DNA from: Parvibaculaceae bacterium
Lineage (GTDB): Bacteria; Pseudomonadota; Alphaproteobacteria; RS24
Assembly (NCBI GenBank): GCA_965219965.1
Contig: OZ244796.1
Span: 391,015 to 455,014 of the forward strand
Direction: 5' to 3'
DNA length: 64,000 nucleotides
Below, piece by piece: positions 1 to 10,867 of the stretch. The translations under genes and the position numbers were made by a program. A model generated the notes under the pieces. It searched no databases. It was not told where the DNA came from and was given only the letters and a program-made list of their open reading frames with translations. Each line of letters opens with the position of its first letter. Position 1 is the first letter of the stretch.

Positions 1-48
1 CGTCACTTTTGAGCTGACGCATGAGCTTTGGCGGCGTAAGCTGTAGCC

Positions 49-1905
49 ATGTCTTTACCACGCAGTTTTCTTGATGAAATTAAAAATCGCCTAGCCGTGT
101 CTGATATTGTCGGGTGCAAGGTGAAGCTCACGCGGCGTGGGCGGGAATTTGTCGGCCTTAGTCCGTTCAAAAATGAACGCACACCATCTTTTACAGTGAA
201 TGATGATAAGCAGTTTTACCATTGCTTTTCCACTGGCAAGCATGGTTCCATTTTTGACTTTCTGATGGAAACGGAAGGTTTGAGCTTTGTTGAGGCGGTG
301 GAACGGCTGGCACAGCAAGCGGGGCTAGCTATGCCCGCCCACAACCCACAAGCCGCCGCTATGGAAGAAAAGCGCACTAAGCTAGTTGATGTCACCACCG
401 CTTCGGCGGCGTGGTTTCGTACTCAGCTCATGGGTACAGCTGGGCGTGAAGCGCTGGCCTATATTGGTCAAAGAGGCGTTTCCGACACGCTGGCGGGTGA
501 ATTTGAACTTGGCTATGCGCCATCCGACCGCACCGCTTTGCTTGACCATCTCAAAAGCCAAGGCTTTAGTGAGGAAATGATTATTGAGGCTGGCATGGCC
601 ATTAAGCCAGATGATGGCGGTGCGCCCTATGACCGCTTTCGCCACCGATTAATGTTTCCCATTTGCGACACCCGCGCCCGTGTGATTGCTTTTGGCGGGC
701 GGGCATTAGGTGCCAATGCGCCTGCCAAATATCTCAATTCGCCTGAAACGCCGCTTTTTCACAAAGGGCAGGTTTTATATAATTTTCACAAAGCCCGTGC
801 GGCCGCACATGAGGCTAAATCCGTGCTGGTGGCAGAAGGTTATATGGATGTCATCGGGTTGGCACGGGGTGGTTTTGCTCATGCCGTTGCCCCGCTTGGT
901 ACGGCAGTCACAGAAGCGCAAATTAGTCTGCTTTGGCGCATGGCATCAGAACCTGTTTTATGCTTTGACGGCGATGAAGCTGGTTTGCGGGCGGCTGGCC
1001 GTGTGGTTGACCGCGCCTTGCCTTTGCTTAAACCAGCTCATTCATTGCGCTTTGCCATTTTACCAGCCAGCAAAGATCCTGACGATATTGTGCGCGAGGG
1101 TGGCCAAGAGGCCATGATGGCAATTATAGACAAGGCCAATTCGCTGGTCGGCATGTTATGGGATAGGGAATTGGCTGTAGGGGCGTGGAATACGCCCGAG
1201 CGCCGTGCTGCTTTAGCCGAACGTTTGCGCCAAGCGGTGCGGCAAATTCAGCATCCCGACGTACGGAAATTTTATGCCGAAGAAATCAAGCATCGATTAG
1301 ATGGGCTATTTCAGGAAAAAGGTGCGGGTTATAGGCCGTCCTCACGTCAAAAACGCGGTTTTGGCATGCGCCGCACAGATGATGCCGTCCGCCATACCAG
1401 CTTGGCCAGCCCGCAAGCTCGCCGCTCGGCACTAGCCAGTGGGGCGGTATTATTACCACCGCGTGAGGCCATGATTGTGCTGGCCGTTATCCGTCATCCA
1501 GCCGTGCTAGGCGTCTATCTTGAGCGTTTTGAGCGGCTAGATATGGAAGCCGAATTGTTGAATAATCTGCGTTTTGCCATTATTGACGCACTTTCACATG
1601 AAAATACCCTTGACAGTGAGGGCTTGAAAGCCCATTTGATAGAGGGTGGACATGGTAGTCTCATCACGCGGCTGGAGCAATTACCCGATGCGCGTATGCT
1701 GACCTTTGTTCAAGATGATGGTTCTCCTGACGATGTGTGTTCGGGGTGGCTTGATGCGCTTGGACTGCAGCATAAGTTGATAACGCTGGCGGCAGAAAAG
1801 CGTGAAGCAGAAAAGGATTTGGCCACCGATACAACTCAGGAAAATCTTGAGCGCCTAACGGCAATTGAAAAAGAACTGGCAGCACTTGAAACAGGCAGTT
1901 TTTAA
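49..1905 (+). CDS. dnaG: DNA primase
   Basis: 618-aa ORF. Zinc-finger region (FYHCFSTGKHGSIFDF) and Toprim motifs (VAEGYMDV, CFDGDEAG). Lies directly upstream of rpoD, the classic arrangement. Confidence 0.95.
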   Translation: MSLPRSFLDEIKNRLAVSDIVGCKVKLTRRGREFVGLSPFKNERTPSFTVNDDKQFYHCFSTGKHGSIFDFLMETEGLSFVEAVERLAQQAGLAMPAHNPQAAAMEEKRTKLVDVTTASAAWFRTQLMGTAGREALAYIGQRGVSDTLAGEFELGYAPSDRTALLDHLKSQGFSEEMIIEAGMAIKPDDGGAPYDRFRHRLMFPICDTRARVIAFGGRALGANAPAKYLNSPETPLFHKGQVLYNFHKARAAAHEAKSVLVAEGYMDVIGLARGGFAHAVAPLGTAVTEAQISLLWRMASEPVLCFDGDEAGLRAAGRVVDRALPLLKPAHSLRFAILPASKDPDDIVREGGQEAMMAIIDKANSLVGMLWDRELAVGAWNTPERRAALAERLRQAVRQIQHPDVRKFYAEEIKHRLDGLFQEKGAGYRPSSRQKRGFGMRRTDDAVRHTSLASPQARRSALASGAVLLPPREAMIVLAVIRHPAVLGVYLERFERLDMEAELLNNLRFAIIDALSHENTLDSEGLKAHLIEGGHGSLITRLEQLPDARMLTFVQDDGSPDDVCSGWLDALGLQHKLITLAAEKREAEKDLATDTTQENLERLTAIEKELAALETGSF

Positions 1906-1979
1906 GATTGTTGCTTGGTTTTGTGAATGGTTTATTTGCCAGATAGACGTGCTGGTAAAGATATTCAAAAGAGGATGAA

Positions 1980-3935
1980 ATGGCAGCAAAGAAAGCGGCG
2001 AAGAAAAAAACCAAGGTTTCGGAAAATCGGGAACAGACAGACGCCCCATTAGTGGGTGATGATGTTGCGCTTAAAGCGATGATTAAACAGGCCACCGAGC
2101 AGGGCTACATCACCCACGCCCAGCGCGACAAAGTGCTGACGGCAGATAAATTCACTTCCGAGCAAATTGAAGACATTATGTCACAATTATCGCAAATGGG
2201 CGTGAATGTGATTGAGCATGATGAAGATGCTGATGATAGCGGTGGCGATAATAGCGAAGTGACTGAAGCCAGAAGCACGGCCATTGCTAAGGCAACAAAA
2301 TCCACTGGTTCAGGAGACCGCACAGATGATCCAGTGCGTATGTATTTACGCGAAATGGGATCGGTGGAATTGCTGTCGCGTGAGGGTGAAATTGCCATTG
2401 CCAAACGTATTGAGGCTGGGCGTGAAACCATGATTGCGGGTTTATGCGAAAGCCCATTAACTTTTCAGGCGATTATTATTTGGCGCGATGAATTAAATGA
2501 AGGCAAGGTTTTGTTGCGTGATATTATTGATTTGGACGCTACTTTTGCTGGGCCTGATGCAAAGAAAATTGACCGTAGCGCAGAAGGTGCTGCCCCGCCG
2601 CCATCCGGTGCGCCAACGGGCGAGGCGGAAGGTGAGCCATCGGAAGATGAAGTGGATGATGAAAGCAATTTGTCGCTTTCGGCTATGGAAATGGAATTAA
2701 AGCCAAAAGTTTTGGAAACTTTTGACAATATCGCTGGCACTTATAAAAAGCTCCGTCGTTTGCACGACCAGAGCGTTGAATTGCAATCGGGCGGTAAGGA
2801 ATTATCAAAGGCGCAAACCAATCGACGGGAAAAATTACGTGCTGAATTGGTTGATTTTGTCAAAAGTCTGTCTTTGAACAATACACGCATTGAGGCTTTG
2901 GTTGAGCAGCTTTACAGTATTAATAAAGGTTTGTTGACGTTGGAAAATCAGCTTTGGCGGCTAGCTGATAAGTCTGGTGTGGGGCGTGAGGAATTTATCA
3001 AACATTATCAGGGCAATGAATATGAAGCCAATTGGAGTCGGCGCGTTTCACGACTTAGCGGCAAGGGGTGGAAAGAATTTGTCACCACTAATCGTGATGA
3101 AATTAATACCATCCGCAATGAAATTCAGGAAATTGCTGGTGTGACAGGTCTTGATGTTGCTGAATATCGCCGTATTGTTCGCATGGTGCAAAAGGGTGAG
3201 CGCGAAGCACGCATTGCTAAAAAGGAAATGGTTGAAGCCAATTTGCGGCTGGTGATTTCCATTGCGAAGAAATATACCAATCGCGGTTTGCAATTTCTTG
3301 ATTTGATTCAAGAGGGCAATATTGGCTTGATGAAAGCGGTTGATAAATTTGAATATCGGCGCGGCTATAAATTTTCCACCTATGCGACATGGTGGATTCG
3401 CCAAGCCATCACACGATCCATTGCCGACCAGGCACGTACCATTCGAATTCCAGTTCACATGATTGAAACCATTAACAAGCTGGTACGCACATCGCGTCAA
3501 ATGTTGCATGAAATTGGCCGCGAGCCGACGCCAGAAGAGCTTTCTGAGAAACTTTCCATGCCACTTGAAAAAGTGCGTAAAGTTCTCAAAATTGCCAAAG
3601 AGCCGATTAGCCTTGAAACGCCCATTGGCGACGAGGAAGACAGCCATCTTGGTGATTTTATTGAAGATAAAAATGCTGTTTTACCGATTGATGCAGCCAT
3701 TCAGGCCAATTTGCGTGAAACCACCACCCGCGTTTTAGCGTCACTCACGCCGCGTGAGGAGCGCGTTTTACGGATGCGTTTCGGCATTGGTATGAATACC
3801 GACCATACGCTTGAGGAAGTCGGCCAGCAATTTTCTGTGACCCGCGAGCGCATACGCCAAATTGAAGCTAAGGCTTTGCGTAAGCTCAAACACCCGTCCC
3901 GTTCAAGAAAATTGCGGAGTTTCCTTGACAATTAA
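1980..3935 (+). CDS. rpoD: RNA polymerase primary sigma factor (sigma-70)
   Basis: 651-aa ORF. Region 2 ([32 protein letters not shown]) and region 4 HTH ([27 protein letters not shown]). Has an acidic non-conserved insert. Confidence 0.97.
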   Translation: MAAKKAAKKKTKVSENREQTDAPLVGDDVALKAMIKQATEQGYITHAQRDKVLTADKFTSEQIEDIMSQLSQMGVNVIEHDEDADDSGGDNSEVTEARSTAIAKATKSTGSGDRTDDPVRMYLREMGSVELLSREGEIAIAKRIEAGRETMIAGLCESPLTFQAIIIWRDELNEGKVLLRDIIDLDATFAGPDAKKIDRSAEGAAPPPSGAPTGEAEGEPSEDEVDDESNLSLSAMEMELKPKVLETFDNIAGTYKKLRRLHDQSVELQSGGKELSKAQTNRREKLRAELVDFVKSLSLNNTRIEALVEQLYSINKGLLTLENQLWRLADKSGVGREEFIKHYQGNEYEANWSRRVSRLSGKGWKEFVTTNRDEINTIRNEIQEIAGVTGLDVAEYRRIVRMVQKGEREARIAKKEMVEANLRLVISIAKKYTNRGLQFLDLIQEGNIGLMKAVDKFEYRRGYKFSTYATWWIRQAITRSIADQARTIRIPVHMIETINKLVRTSRQMLHEIGREPTPEELSEKLSMPLEKVRKVLKIAKEPISLETPIGDEEDSHLGDFIEDKNAVLPIDAAIQANLRETTTRVLASLTPREERVLRMRFGIGMNTDHTLEEVGQQFSVTRERIRQIEAKALRKLKHPSRSRKLRSFLDN

Positions 3936-3978
3936 GGCTAATGGGCGCATTTAGCGGTCAGAAAATTAAGGGTATGCC

Positions 3979-4314
3979 ATGCAATTAACAATGATGAAGG
4001 CGAAAATTCACCGCGCCCGCGTGACGCAATGTGATGTGAATTATGAAGGCTCCATCACCATTGACCGCAAATGGCTAGATGAGGTCGGTATTCTGCCTTA
4101 TGAGCAGGTTGATGTGTTGAACATTAACACAGGTGCGCGTTTTACCACCTATGCGATTGAAGCACCTACTGGTTCGGGTGTTATTGGCATTAATGGTGCG
4201 GCGGCACGGCTTGCGCAAGTAGATGATTTGGTTATCATTCTGTCTTATGCGCGTATGGATGAAGAAGCCGCAAGCACACATAAGCCGCGTGTGATAACCT
4301 TAACGCCCGTATAA
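3979..4314 (+). CDS. panD: Aspartate 1-decarboxylase (pyruvoyl-dependent)
   Basis: 111-aa [16 protein letters not shown]...NYEGSITID contains the Gly-Ser self-processing site typical of PanD. Confidence 0.92.
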   Translation: MQLTMMKAKIHRARVTQCDVNYEGSITIDRKWLDEVGILPYEQVDVLNINTGARFTTYAIEAPTGSGVIGINGAAARLAQVDDLVIILSYARMDEEAASTHKPRVITLTPV

Positions 4315-4338
4315 GCGCGTTTGTTTGTAAATGAGTAG

Positions 4339-4415
4339 GGGCCTGTAGCTCAGTTGGTTAGAGCGAACCGCTCATAACGGTTTGGTCGCAGGTTCGAATC
4401 CTGCCGGGCCCACCA
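4339..4415 (+). tRNA. tRNA with CAT anticodon, probably tRNA-Ile2 (lysidine-modified) rather than elongator tRNA-Met
   Basis: 77-nt cloverleaf folded by hand. Acceptor GGGCCTG/CGGGCCC, D arm GCTC-AGTTGGTTA-GAGC, anticodon arm AACCG-CTCATAA-CGGTT, T arm GCAGG-TTCGAAT-CCTGC, encoded ACCA 3' end. The C4:G69 and C5:G68 pairs resemble the TilS identity elements of E. coli tRNA-Ile2. Confidence 0.9.
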
Positions 4416-4488
4416 TTTTCCCATTTCTTTTCTCTTGCTTGATGGAGTTTTAACCCCTAATCTGAATCAAAATAAAGGGAGAGAAGCG

Positions 4489-5169
4489 ATGAGCGATAAG
4501 GGACAATTTATATCACTGGACGCAAAAGATGGATTTTCGTTTTCCGCTTATCAATGCCTGCCAGAGCAAACACCAAAAGGCGGGGTACTGATTATTCAGG
4601 AAGTTTTTGGCGTCAATAAACACATTCGCGAAGTAGCGGAATTTTATGCCACCCAAGGCTATGCCGTGCTGGCACCCGCGATTTTTGACCGCGTTAAGCC
4701 AGGCATTGAGCTTAACTATGATGAGGCGGGTCTGGCTGAAGGCTTGTCTTATGCTTTAGAGCAGTTAGATAGGGACACAATTTTAGATGATTTGGCCGTC
4801 GCCGCGGCTGCGCTGAAATCATATGGCAAGGTTGGCTGTGTCGGCTATTGCTTTGGCGGTTTGCTATCTTATTTAGGCGCGAACCGAATTACTGATTTGG
4901 TTTGTACTGTTGCCTATTATGGTGGCCGCATTGCCGATGCGCTGGATATTGCACCGCAAGTGCCGATCATGTTTCATTTTGGTAGCCAGGATTCCCATAT
5001 TCCGCTTGAGAAAGTTGAAGCGATTAAAGCCGCGCTGCCCGATGCGCCGCTTTATATTTATGATGCCGACCACGGCTTTAATTGCGACCACCGCGCCAGT
5101 TATGATGCGACCGCCGCTAAAGCTGCACAAAAAAGAACATTGGATTTTCTGGCTACCCATTTGAGTTAA
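4489..5169 (+). CDS. Dienelactone hydrolase family protein (carboxymethylenebutenolidase-like)
   Basis: ORF 4435-5169. ATG at 4489 follows a GGGAGAG ribosome-binding site. IIQEVFGVNKHIR and GYCFGG (nucleophile elbow) are typical of the DLH alpha/beta hydrolase family. Confidence 0.8.
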   Translation: MSDKGQFISLDAKDGFSFSAYQCLPEQTPKGGVLIIQEVFGVNKHIREVAEFYATQGYAVLAPAIFDRVKPGIELNYDEAGLAEGLSYALEQLDRDTILDDLAVAAAALKSYGKVGCVGYCFGGLLSYLGANRITDLVCTVAYYGGRIADALDIAPQVPIMFHFGSQDSHIPLEKVEAIKAALPDAPLYIYDADHGFNCDHRASYDATAAKAAQKRTLDFLATHLS

Positions 5170-5798
5170 TGGATTGCGCTCTTATCGGCGTAAAAGAGGT
5201 AAACGGCGTGAGAGTGCCAGAATTTACATATTACGATATCCCGTTTCTTTTCGCCATTTTGGGTTGGCCAGTGCGGTTGCTGGCCTTTCTATTGGGCTGG
5301 AAAATAGTCGGCACTATGAAGCCTTATGATAAATGCGTTTTAATTGGTGCGCCACATACGAGTAATTGGGATTATTTGATTTTTCTGTGGGGTATTTTGA
5401 CACTTGGCTTGCGGGTCAATGTATTGGTTAAAGATAGCCTATTCCGCCCGCCGCTTTCTTTTTTCTTACGCTTTTTTGGCGGTGTGCCAGTTGACCGTAC
5501 GCGGCGTGAAAGCATTGTGGAGCAGGGCGTGGCTTTTCTCAAACGCGCTGATAAAACCGTGTTGCTCATTGCACCAGAAGGCACACGCGCCCATAATGAA
5601 AATTGGAAAACGGGGTTTTATCATATTGCTTTAGGCGCGAAAATCCCGCTTGTTTTAGCGCGGCTGGATTGGAGCCATCGAACGGTTCACATTGGCGAAG
5701 CATTTGACATGAGTGGTGATTATGACAAAGATATTGTATGTATTAAGGCTTATTTCAAAGGTTCGAGAGGGCTAAGGCCACAAAATCAAGATGTGTGA
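5169..5798 (+). CDS. 1-acyl-sn-glycerol-3-phosphate acyltransferase family protein (PlsC-like)
   Basis: 209-aa ORF with HxxxxD acyltransferase motif (HTSNWD) and a later PEGTR block. N-terminal hydrophobic segment. The start overlaps the upstream stop (TAATG). Confidence 0.75.
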   Translation: MDCALIGVKEVNGVRVPEFTYYDIPFLFAILGWPVRLLAFLLGWKIVGTMKPYDKCVLIGAPHTSNWDYLIFLWGILTLGLRVNVLVKDSLFRPPLSFFLRFFGGVPVDRTRRESIVEQGVAFLKRADKTVLLIAPEGTRAHNENWKTGFYHIALGAKIPLVLARLDWSHRTVHIGEAFDMSGDYDKDIVCIKAYFKGSRGLRPQNQDV

Positions 5799-5812
5799 AG
5801 GGGCATGATAAG

Positions 5813-7468
5813 ATGAATTCTTATCAATATGTTTATGTGATGGACGGACTGTCCAAAACCTATGCAGGTGGCAAGCAGGTTCTCAAAGATATTCGCTTGT
5901 CTTTTCTGCCTGGTGCGAAAATCGGCATTGTCGGAGTTAATGGTGCGGGTAAATCCACTTTGCTGAAAATCATGGCGGGGCTTGATAAGGAATTTAATGG
6001 CGATGCTTGGGTGGCTGAAGGCGCAAAAACGGGTTATCTTGAGCAAGAGCCGCAATTAAATCCCGACAAAGATGTCATGGGCAATGTGATGGAGGGCGTA
6101 GCTGAGGCGCAAGCCAAGCTGGAGCGTTATAATGAATTGGCAATGAACTATGCCGATGAAACAGCAGAAGAAATGGCCGCTTTGCAAGATGAAATTGACG
6201 CCAATAATTTATGGGATTTGGAAAGCCGCATTGAGCAGGCCATGGACGCATTGCGTTGCCCGCCTGCGGATGCTGATATTGCGCATTTATCGGGCGGGGA
6301 AAAACGCCGCGTGGCTTTATGTAAATTATTGCTAGAAAAACCCGATTTGCTTTTGCTGGACGAGCCGACCAACCATTTAGATGCCGAAACAGTGGCATGG
6401 TTACAGCATTATTTAACCGAATATGCTGGCACAGTTGTTTTGGTGACGCATGACCGCTATTTTCTTGACCAAGTGACAAGTTGGATTTTGGAATTGGATA
6501 GGGGGCAGGGTTTACCGCATGAAGGCAATTATTCTAGCTGGCTGGAGCAGAAGCATAAAAGGTTAGAGCAGGAAGCCCGCGAAGATGAGTCCCGCCAGCG
6601 TACTTTGGCACGCGAGCTAGATTGGATACGCTCTTCGCCTAAAGCCCGCCAAGCCAAAAGTAAAGCACGGATTCAAGCCTATGATGATTTGCTAGAAAAA
6701 ACGGGTCGTGAGGAAGTTGGTCGGACACAAATTTCCATCCCATCTGGGCCGCGCCTTGGCGATATGGTGTTGGAGGCTGAAGGGCTGTCCAAAGGTTTTG
6801 ACGACCGATTATTGATTGAAGATTTATCATTCAAACTTCCGCCTGGGGGCATTGTCGGTGTTGTCGGACCAAATGGGGCAGGTAAAACCACTTTATTCAA
6901 AATGATGACAGGTGTTGAGCAGCCCGATAAGGGACAGCTTAAAATTGGCGACACAGTTAAGCTCGGCTATGTTGACCAAAGCCGTGACCATTTAGATGAC
7001 AAAAAAACTGTTTGGGAAGAAATTTCCGATGGCAATGATGTGATTGAACTGGGCAAAAGCGAAGTGAATTCCCGCGCCTATGTTGGAGCATTTAATTTTC
7101 GCGGCGGCGATCAGCAAAAGAAAGTCGGGCTTTTATCCGGCGGTGAGCGCAACCGCGTGCATCTGGCTAAAATGTTACGCTCTGGGGCAAACCTTTTACT
7201 ACTTGATGAGCCGACCAATGATTTAGATGTTGAAACATTACGCGCTTTAGAAGAAGGGCTAGAAGATTTCGCCGGTTGCGCGGTGATTATTTCCCACGAT
7301 CGCTGGTTTCTTGATCGATTAGCTACGCATATTCTTGCATTTGAAGGCAATAGCCATGTGGAATGGTTTGAAGGCAATTACGCCAGCTATGAAGAAGATC
7401 GCCACCGCCGCTTAGGTACGGAAGCTGATATTCCCAAACGGATAAAATATAAGCAATTCAGCCGCTAA
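5813..7468 (+). CDS. ettA: Energy-dependent translational throttle protein EttA (ABC-F ATPase)
   Basis: Two ABC cassettes ([31 protein letters not shown]; [31 protein letters not shown]). Aligns end to end with E. coli EttA as I recall it, including [11 protein letters not shown] and the C-terminal PKRIKYK. Start placed at ATG 5813 (ORF track begins at 5795). Confidence 0.93.
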   Translation: MNSYQYVYVMDGLSKTYAGGKQVLKDIRLSFLPGAKIGIVGVNGAGKSTLLKIMAGLDKEFNGDAWVAEGAKTGYLEQEPQLNPDKDVMGNVMEGVAEAQAKLERYNELAMNYADETAEEMAALQDEIDANNLWDLESRIEQAMDALRCPPADADIAHLSGGEKRRVALCKLLLEKPDLLLLDEPTNHLDAETVAWLQHYLTEYAGTVVLVTHDRYFLDQVTSWILELDRGQGLPHEGNYSSWLEQKHKRLEQEAREDESRQRTLARELDWIRSSPKARQAKSKARIQAYDDLLEKTGREEVGRTQISIPSGPRLGDMVLEAEGLSKGFDDRLLIEDLSFKLPPGGIVGVVGPNGAGKTTLFKMMTGVEQPDKGQLKIGDTVKLGYVDQSRDHLDDKKTVWEEISDGNDVIELGKSEVNSRAYVGAFNFRGGDQQKKVGLLSGGERNRVHLAKMLRSGANLLLLDEPTNDLDVETLRALEEGLEDFAGCAVIISHDRWFLDRLATHILAFEGNSHVEWFEGNYASYEEDRHRRLGTEADIPKRIKYKQFSR

Positions 7469-8154
7469 TTATTTTCAGCTAGATTGGTGGTTAGTTCTTT
7501 GCGTAAATGGTTAAGCAGAGCTTGAAAATCGCCACGATTATTTTTCAGCACAGATAAAAATGCATCGCGCTGTTCCTGCATCATCCATACGCCCAAAATA
7601 CGAATATCAAACAGCTTATAGCCGTCTTGCTTTTGTGCAATCAGCCACCAATCAATATCAATCGGCTCACGGCCATTGGTAAAATGAATGGTGCTTTTAA
7701 CAACCACATTACGCTTTTTCTGCTGGCTATCCTTAATGATAATTTTCTCGCCCGAATAATTTCCGAGCCGATTGCTATAAATTTTAACAATCATAGTTTG
7801 GAGCAAAGCTTGATAGGTAGTAAAATCTTGCTTGGAAACTTTGCGCGCAAATGGACCTAGCGCAAACCGCCCCATGCGGCGCAAATCAACTTTGGTGGAA
7901 AGTAATTTATCAAATTGTGCTTCGCGTTTGGCGCTAGATTGCGCTGTGGTTAAAATGCGAATACCTTCATCGGTCATTTCTATGACAAAATTTTCTGCCG
8001 CTGGAATCCGCGCCTGAGCAGGCGACATAAACAAAAATCCAGCCATAAGAAATAGCGACAAAAGCAAAAAGCGGGCAGGGAAGATGGGCATAGAGCAAGC
8101 CTTGGGTTTTGAATTATTTATAATCTGTTTCAGCATTTTCATCACCCCAATCAT
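7465..8154 (-). CDS. mlaC: MlaC/Ttg2D-family phospholipid-binding periplasmic protein
   Basis: 229-aa ORF with a signal peptide. Core ([17 protein letters not shown]...[12 protein letters not shown]) resembles toluene-tolerance Ttg2D/MlaC proteins. Adjacent to mlaA. Confidence 0.7.
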   Translation of the reverse strand: MIGVMKMLKQIINNSKPKACSMPIFPARFLLLSLFLMAGFLFMSPAQARIPAAENFVIEMTDEGIRILTTAQSSAKREAQFDKLLSTKVDLRRMGRFALGPFARKVSKQDFTTYQALLQTMIVKIYSNRLGNYSGEKIIIKDSQQKKRNVVVKSTIHFTNGREPIDIDWWLIAQKQDGYKLFDIRILGVWMMQEQRDAFLSVLKNNRGDFQALLNHLRKELTTNLAENN

Positions 8155-8893
8155 CTATATCGGGTAAATCATTCACATCTGTTTCGCCATTGCTAATTTC
8201 ACTGCGGCGGTTTTGTGTATAAATACTACGGATAGAGGCATAATAATCAACCGAGCTATTTTTGACATCATCCAGCGTGTCTAGTAGCCGTGCGCGTGCA
8301 TCAATGCCTTGCACAGCATAGGCGGCGTAAAATTCGCTTCGCTTAATTTCAACATTGTCATAAGCATTGCGGCTCATGCTTTGTGTGCCGACCCAACCCA
8401 GCCCGTCGCGCATATTTGTTGGCCCTAAAAGTGGAATGAAAAGATAAACGCCTTCACCCATGCCATAGACACCAAGTGTTTGGCCGAAATCTTCGTGGTG
8501 TGCTTCCAGCCCCATACGGCTGGCGACATCCATCAACCCGATAATGCCAATCGTGCTATTGACGGCAAAGCGCGTCAGCGATGTGCCCGCCCGTCCTATT
8601 TCGCCTTGCAAAATATCATTGGCGAAAGTATAGGGTTCACCCAAATTGGCGAAAAAATTACGTACTCCATTGCGTGCTGGTTCTGGCACATACTGCCAGC
8701 CACGCGCTGCAGGTTTCAACAGGGCGGCGTCAATTTTTTCATGCACATTAAACATCACGCGATTGACGGGTTCTAGCGGGTCATAAACTGCCTCATTATT
8801 TGCCGTCGCACAGCCGCCCAGTCCCAAAGCTATGCCGAGAAACAGAATAAAGCCGATTTTATGGAATATGCTATGGGCCATGGACGTACTCAC
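8114..8893 (-). CDS. mlaA: MlaA/VacJ family outer-membrane lipoprotein
   Basis: 259-aa ORF. Lipobox LGGC, then DPLEPVNRVMFNVHEKID and FANLGEPYTFANDILQG, blocks characteristic of VacJ/MlaA. Confidence 0.85.
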   Translation of the reverse strand: MSTSMAHSIFHKIGFILFLGIALGLGGCATANNEAVYDPLEPVNRVMFNVHEKIDAALLKPAARGWQYVPEPARNGVRNFFANLGEPYTFANDILQGEIGRAGTSLTRFAVNSTIGIIGLMDVASRMGLEAHHEDFGQTLGVYGMGEGVYLFIPLLGPTNMRDGLGWVGTQSMSRNAYDNVEIKRSEFYAAYAVQGIDARARLLDTLDDVKNSSVDYYASIRSIYTQNRRSEISNGETDVNDLPDIDDWGDENAETDYK

Positions 8894-9004
8894 TCTTTTC
8901 GCCTCTTATAGGACACAAAGCGGCGCGAGGCGATGCCAATTTGCCCTCAGATGGCGGAAAAATCAATTATCTCTTGCGGTTTGTGGGCAATTTGTATAAT
9001 AAAG

Positions 9005-9026
9005 CATATAAAGATATATTTATATG
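9005..9026. promoter_or_regulatory. Candidate operator: imperfect palindrome CATATAAA-N6-TTTATATG upstream of the ArsR/SahR-like regulator
   Basis: CATATAAAGATATATTTATATG matches its own reverse complement at 20 of 22 positions. It sits 17 nt upstream of ATG 9043 and just downstream of a TATAAT hexamer (8995-9000). Confidence 0.4.
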
Positions 9027-9042
9027 TTGATGGAATTTAGAG

Positions 9043-10017
9043 ATGGAACGCATTTTAACGGCTTTACGGGCGGCAGGCGAGCAGACGCGATTGCGTTTGC
9101 TGGCCATTTTGAGCCATGGCGAATTAACCGTCAAGGAACTGACGCGCATATTGGGTCAGAGCCAGCCGCGTGTCAGCCGCCATTTGAAATTATTAACCGA
9201 GTCGGGGCTGGTAGTGCGCTATCCAGAGGGTAGTTGGGTTTTTTATCGGTTATGCGATACGGAAGAGGGTGGGCGCATCACGCGCAACCTAATTAATTTG
9301 TTGCCCGATGACGCACCGATTTTGCGCCGCGATATTGCGCGACTTAAGCAAGTGCGCCAAGACCGCGCCAAAGTTGCGCAGCGTTATTTTTCTGCCAATG
9401 CGGCGAATTGGGAACGTCTGCGTGCATTGCATATTGCCGATGCGCACATTGAAGAAACAATGTTGGATTGGGTGCCGCAAAGCAATATTGACACTTTGGT
9501 TGATTTGGGAACGGGTGCGGGGCGGATGTTGGAATTATTCGGCGCACGGGCAAAAAGATGTATTGGCTTTGATGTTAACGCTGATATGTTATCGCTGGCG
9601 CGGGCTAATTTAGATGCTAAGCATTTGCGCCATTGCCAATTACGTCAAGCCGATATTACCCATTTGCCCTTGGCTGAAAACACCGCCGATATTGTGATTA
9701 TGCACCAAGTTTTACATTTCCTTGAAGATCCAGCGGCGGCTATTGTGGAAGCGGCACGTGTGCTTGCGCCAGATGGGCTATTGCTTATAGCCGATTTTGC
9801 TCCGCATGATATGGAAAGCCTGCGCAACGAACACGCCCATTGGCGTTTGGGTTTCACCGATATTGAAATTGATAATATGCTCACCAGTGCGGGGCTTTAT
9901 CCGCACCGTGCTGAGGAATTACATGCTGATGGCGATAATAAAAATTTGCTGTCGGTTTATCTCTGGTCGGCGGGTGGCAAGCCGATAAAGGATACGGATA
10001 AGTGCAAGGGAAATTAA
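9043..10017 (+). CDS. ArsR-family HTH regulator fused to a SAM-dependent methyltransferase-like domain (SahR-like)
   Basis: N-terminal ArsR HTH (LRLLAILSHGELTVKELTRILGQSQPRVSRHLKLL). C-terminal class I methyltransferase fold (LVDLGTGAGRML). Immediately upstream of metF-metH, the context described for SahR. Confidence 0.8.
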   Translation: MERILTALRAAGEQTRLRLLAILSHGELTVKELTRILGQSQPRVSRHLKLLTESGLVVRYPEGSWVFYRLCDTEEGGRITRNLINLLPDDAPILRRDIARLKQVRQDRAKVAQRYFSANAANWERLRALHIADAHIEETMLDWVPQSNIDTLVDLGTGAGRMLELFGARAKRCIGFDVNADMLSLARANLDAKHLRHCQLRQADITHLPLAENTADIVIMHQVLHFLEDPAAAIVEAARVLAPDGLLLIADFAPHDMESLRNEHAHWRLGFTDIEIDNMLTSAGLYPHRAEELHADGDNKNLLSVYLWSAGGKPIKDTDKCKGN

Positions 10018-10027
10018 AGGATATGCG

Positions 10028-10867
10028 ATGACTTTATCATTTGAATTTTTCCCGCCCAAAAACGCGCAAACCGATGAAAAACTTTGGCAGGCTATTGGAC
10101 GCCTTGCGCCTTTGCGACCAGATTTTGTGTCTGTCACCTATGGGGCGGGCGGGTCAACCCGTGCGCGTACGCATGATTGTGTCAAACGTCTGGTGCAGGA
10201 AACTGACATCAACCCCGCCGCACATTTAACCTGTGTGGCTGCCACGCGGGCGGAAATTGACGCAGTAATAAACAGCTATGCGCAAGCAGGTGTGAAGCAT
10301 ATTGTCGCCTTGCGCGGTGATATGCCCGATATGGGCGCGTTTCAGCCGCATCCGAACGGCTATAGCGGTTCGGTGGATTTGGTTGCTGCCATTGCCAAAA
10401 AGGGCGGCTTTGAAATAAGCGTCAGCGCCTATCCAGAAAAGCACCCCGAGTCAAGAAGCCTGGCGACCGATATCGATTTGCTCAAAGCTAAAATTGAGGC
10501 AGGCGCGAGCCGTGCCATTACGCAATTTGTGTTTGATACGCCGCAACATTTACGTTTCCGAGACCTTTTGGCGGCGGCGGGTGTTACCATTCCAGTGGTT
10601 GCGGGCATTATGCCGACTACAAATTTTTCTGCCGTGTGGCGCATGGCAGAAAAATGCAACACCTCTATTCCCGATGAGCTGGTTGCTCGTTATGAGGGGC
10701 TAGATGATAAGCCCGATGAACGCCGACGCGTGGCGACGGATGTCGCGTTAGAGCAATGTGCGCTTTTACGCCGTGAAGGATTTAAGCATTTGCATTTTTA
10801 CACATTAAATCAGGCTGATTTGACCTTTGATGTTTGTCAGACTTTGGAATTGGGGCAAAAATCATGA
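10028..10867 (+). CDS. metF: 5,10-methylenetetrahydrofolate reductase
   Basis: 279-aa [11 protein letters not shown]...[13 protein letters not shown]...HLTCV are typical MetF blocks. Confidence 0.93.
   Translation: MTLSFEFFPPKNAQTDEKLWQAIGRLAPLRPDFVSVTYGAGGSTRARTHDCVKRLVQETDINPAAHLTCVAATRAEIDAVINSYAQAGVKHIVALRGDMPDMGAFQPHPNGYSGSVDLVAAIAKKGGFEISVSAYPEKHPESRSLATDIDLLKAKIEAGASRAITQFVFDTPQHLRFRDLLAAAGVTIPVVAGIMPTTNFSAVWRMAEKCNTSIPDELVARYEGLDDKPDERRRVATDVALEQCALLRREGFKHLHFYTLNQADLTFDVCQTLELGQKS

Noticed and set aside
10834-10863. 5' extensions given by the ORF track: metH 10834, DLH 4435, psd 24999, guaB 26952, guaA 28886, fabD 48041, fabG 49023 and DAHP synthase up to 19646.
   Set aside because: In each case the conserved N-terminus of the family begins at a downstream ATG. 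That ATG has a better SD or an ATGA/TAATG coupling junction. The extensions overlap the upstream genes.
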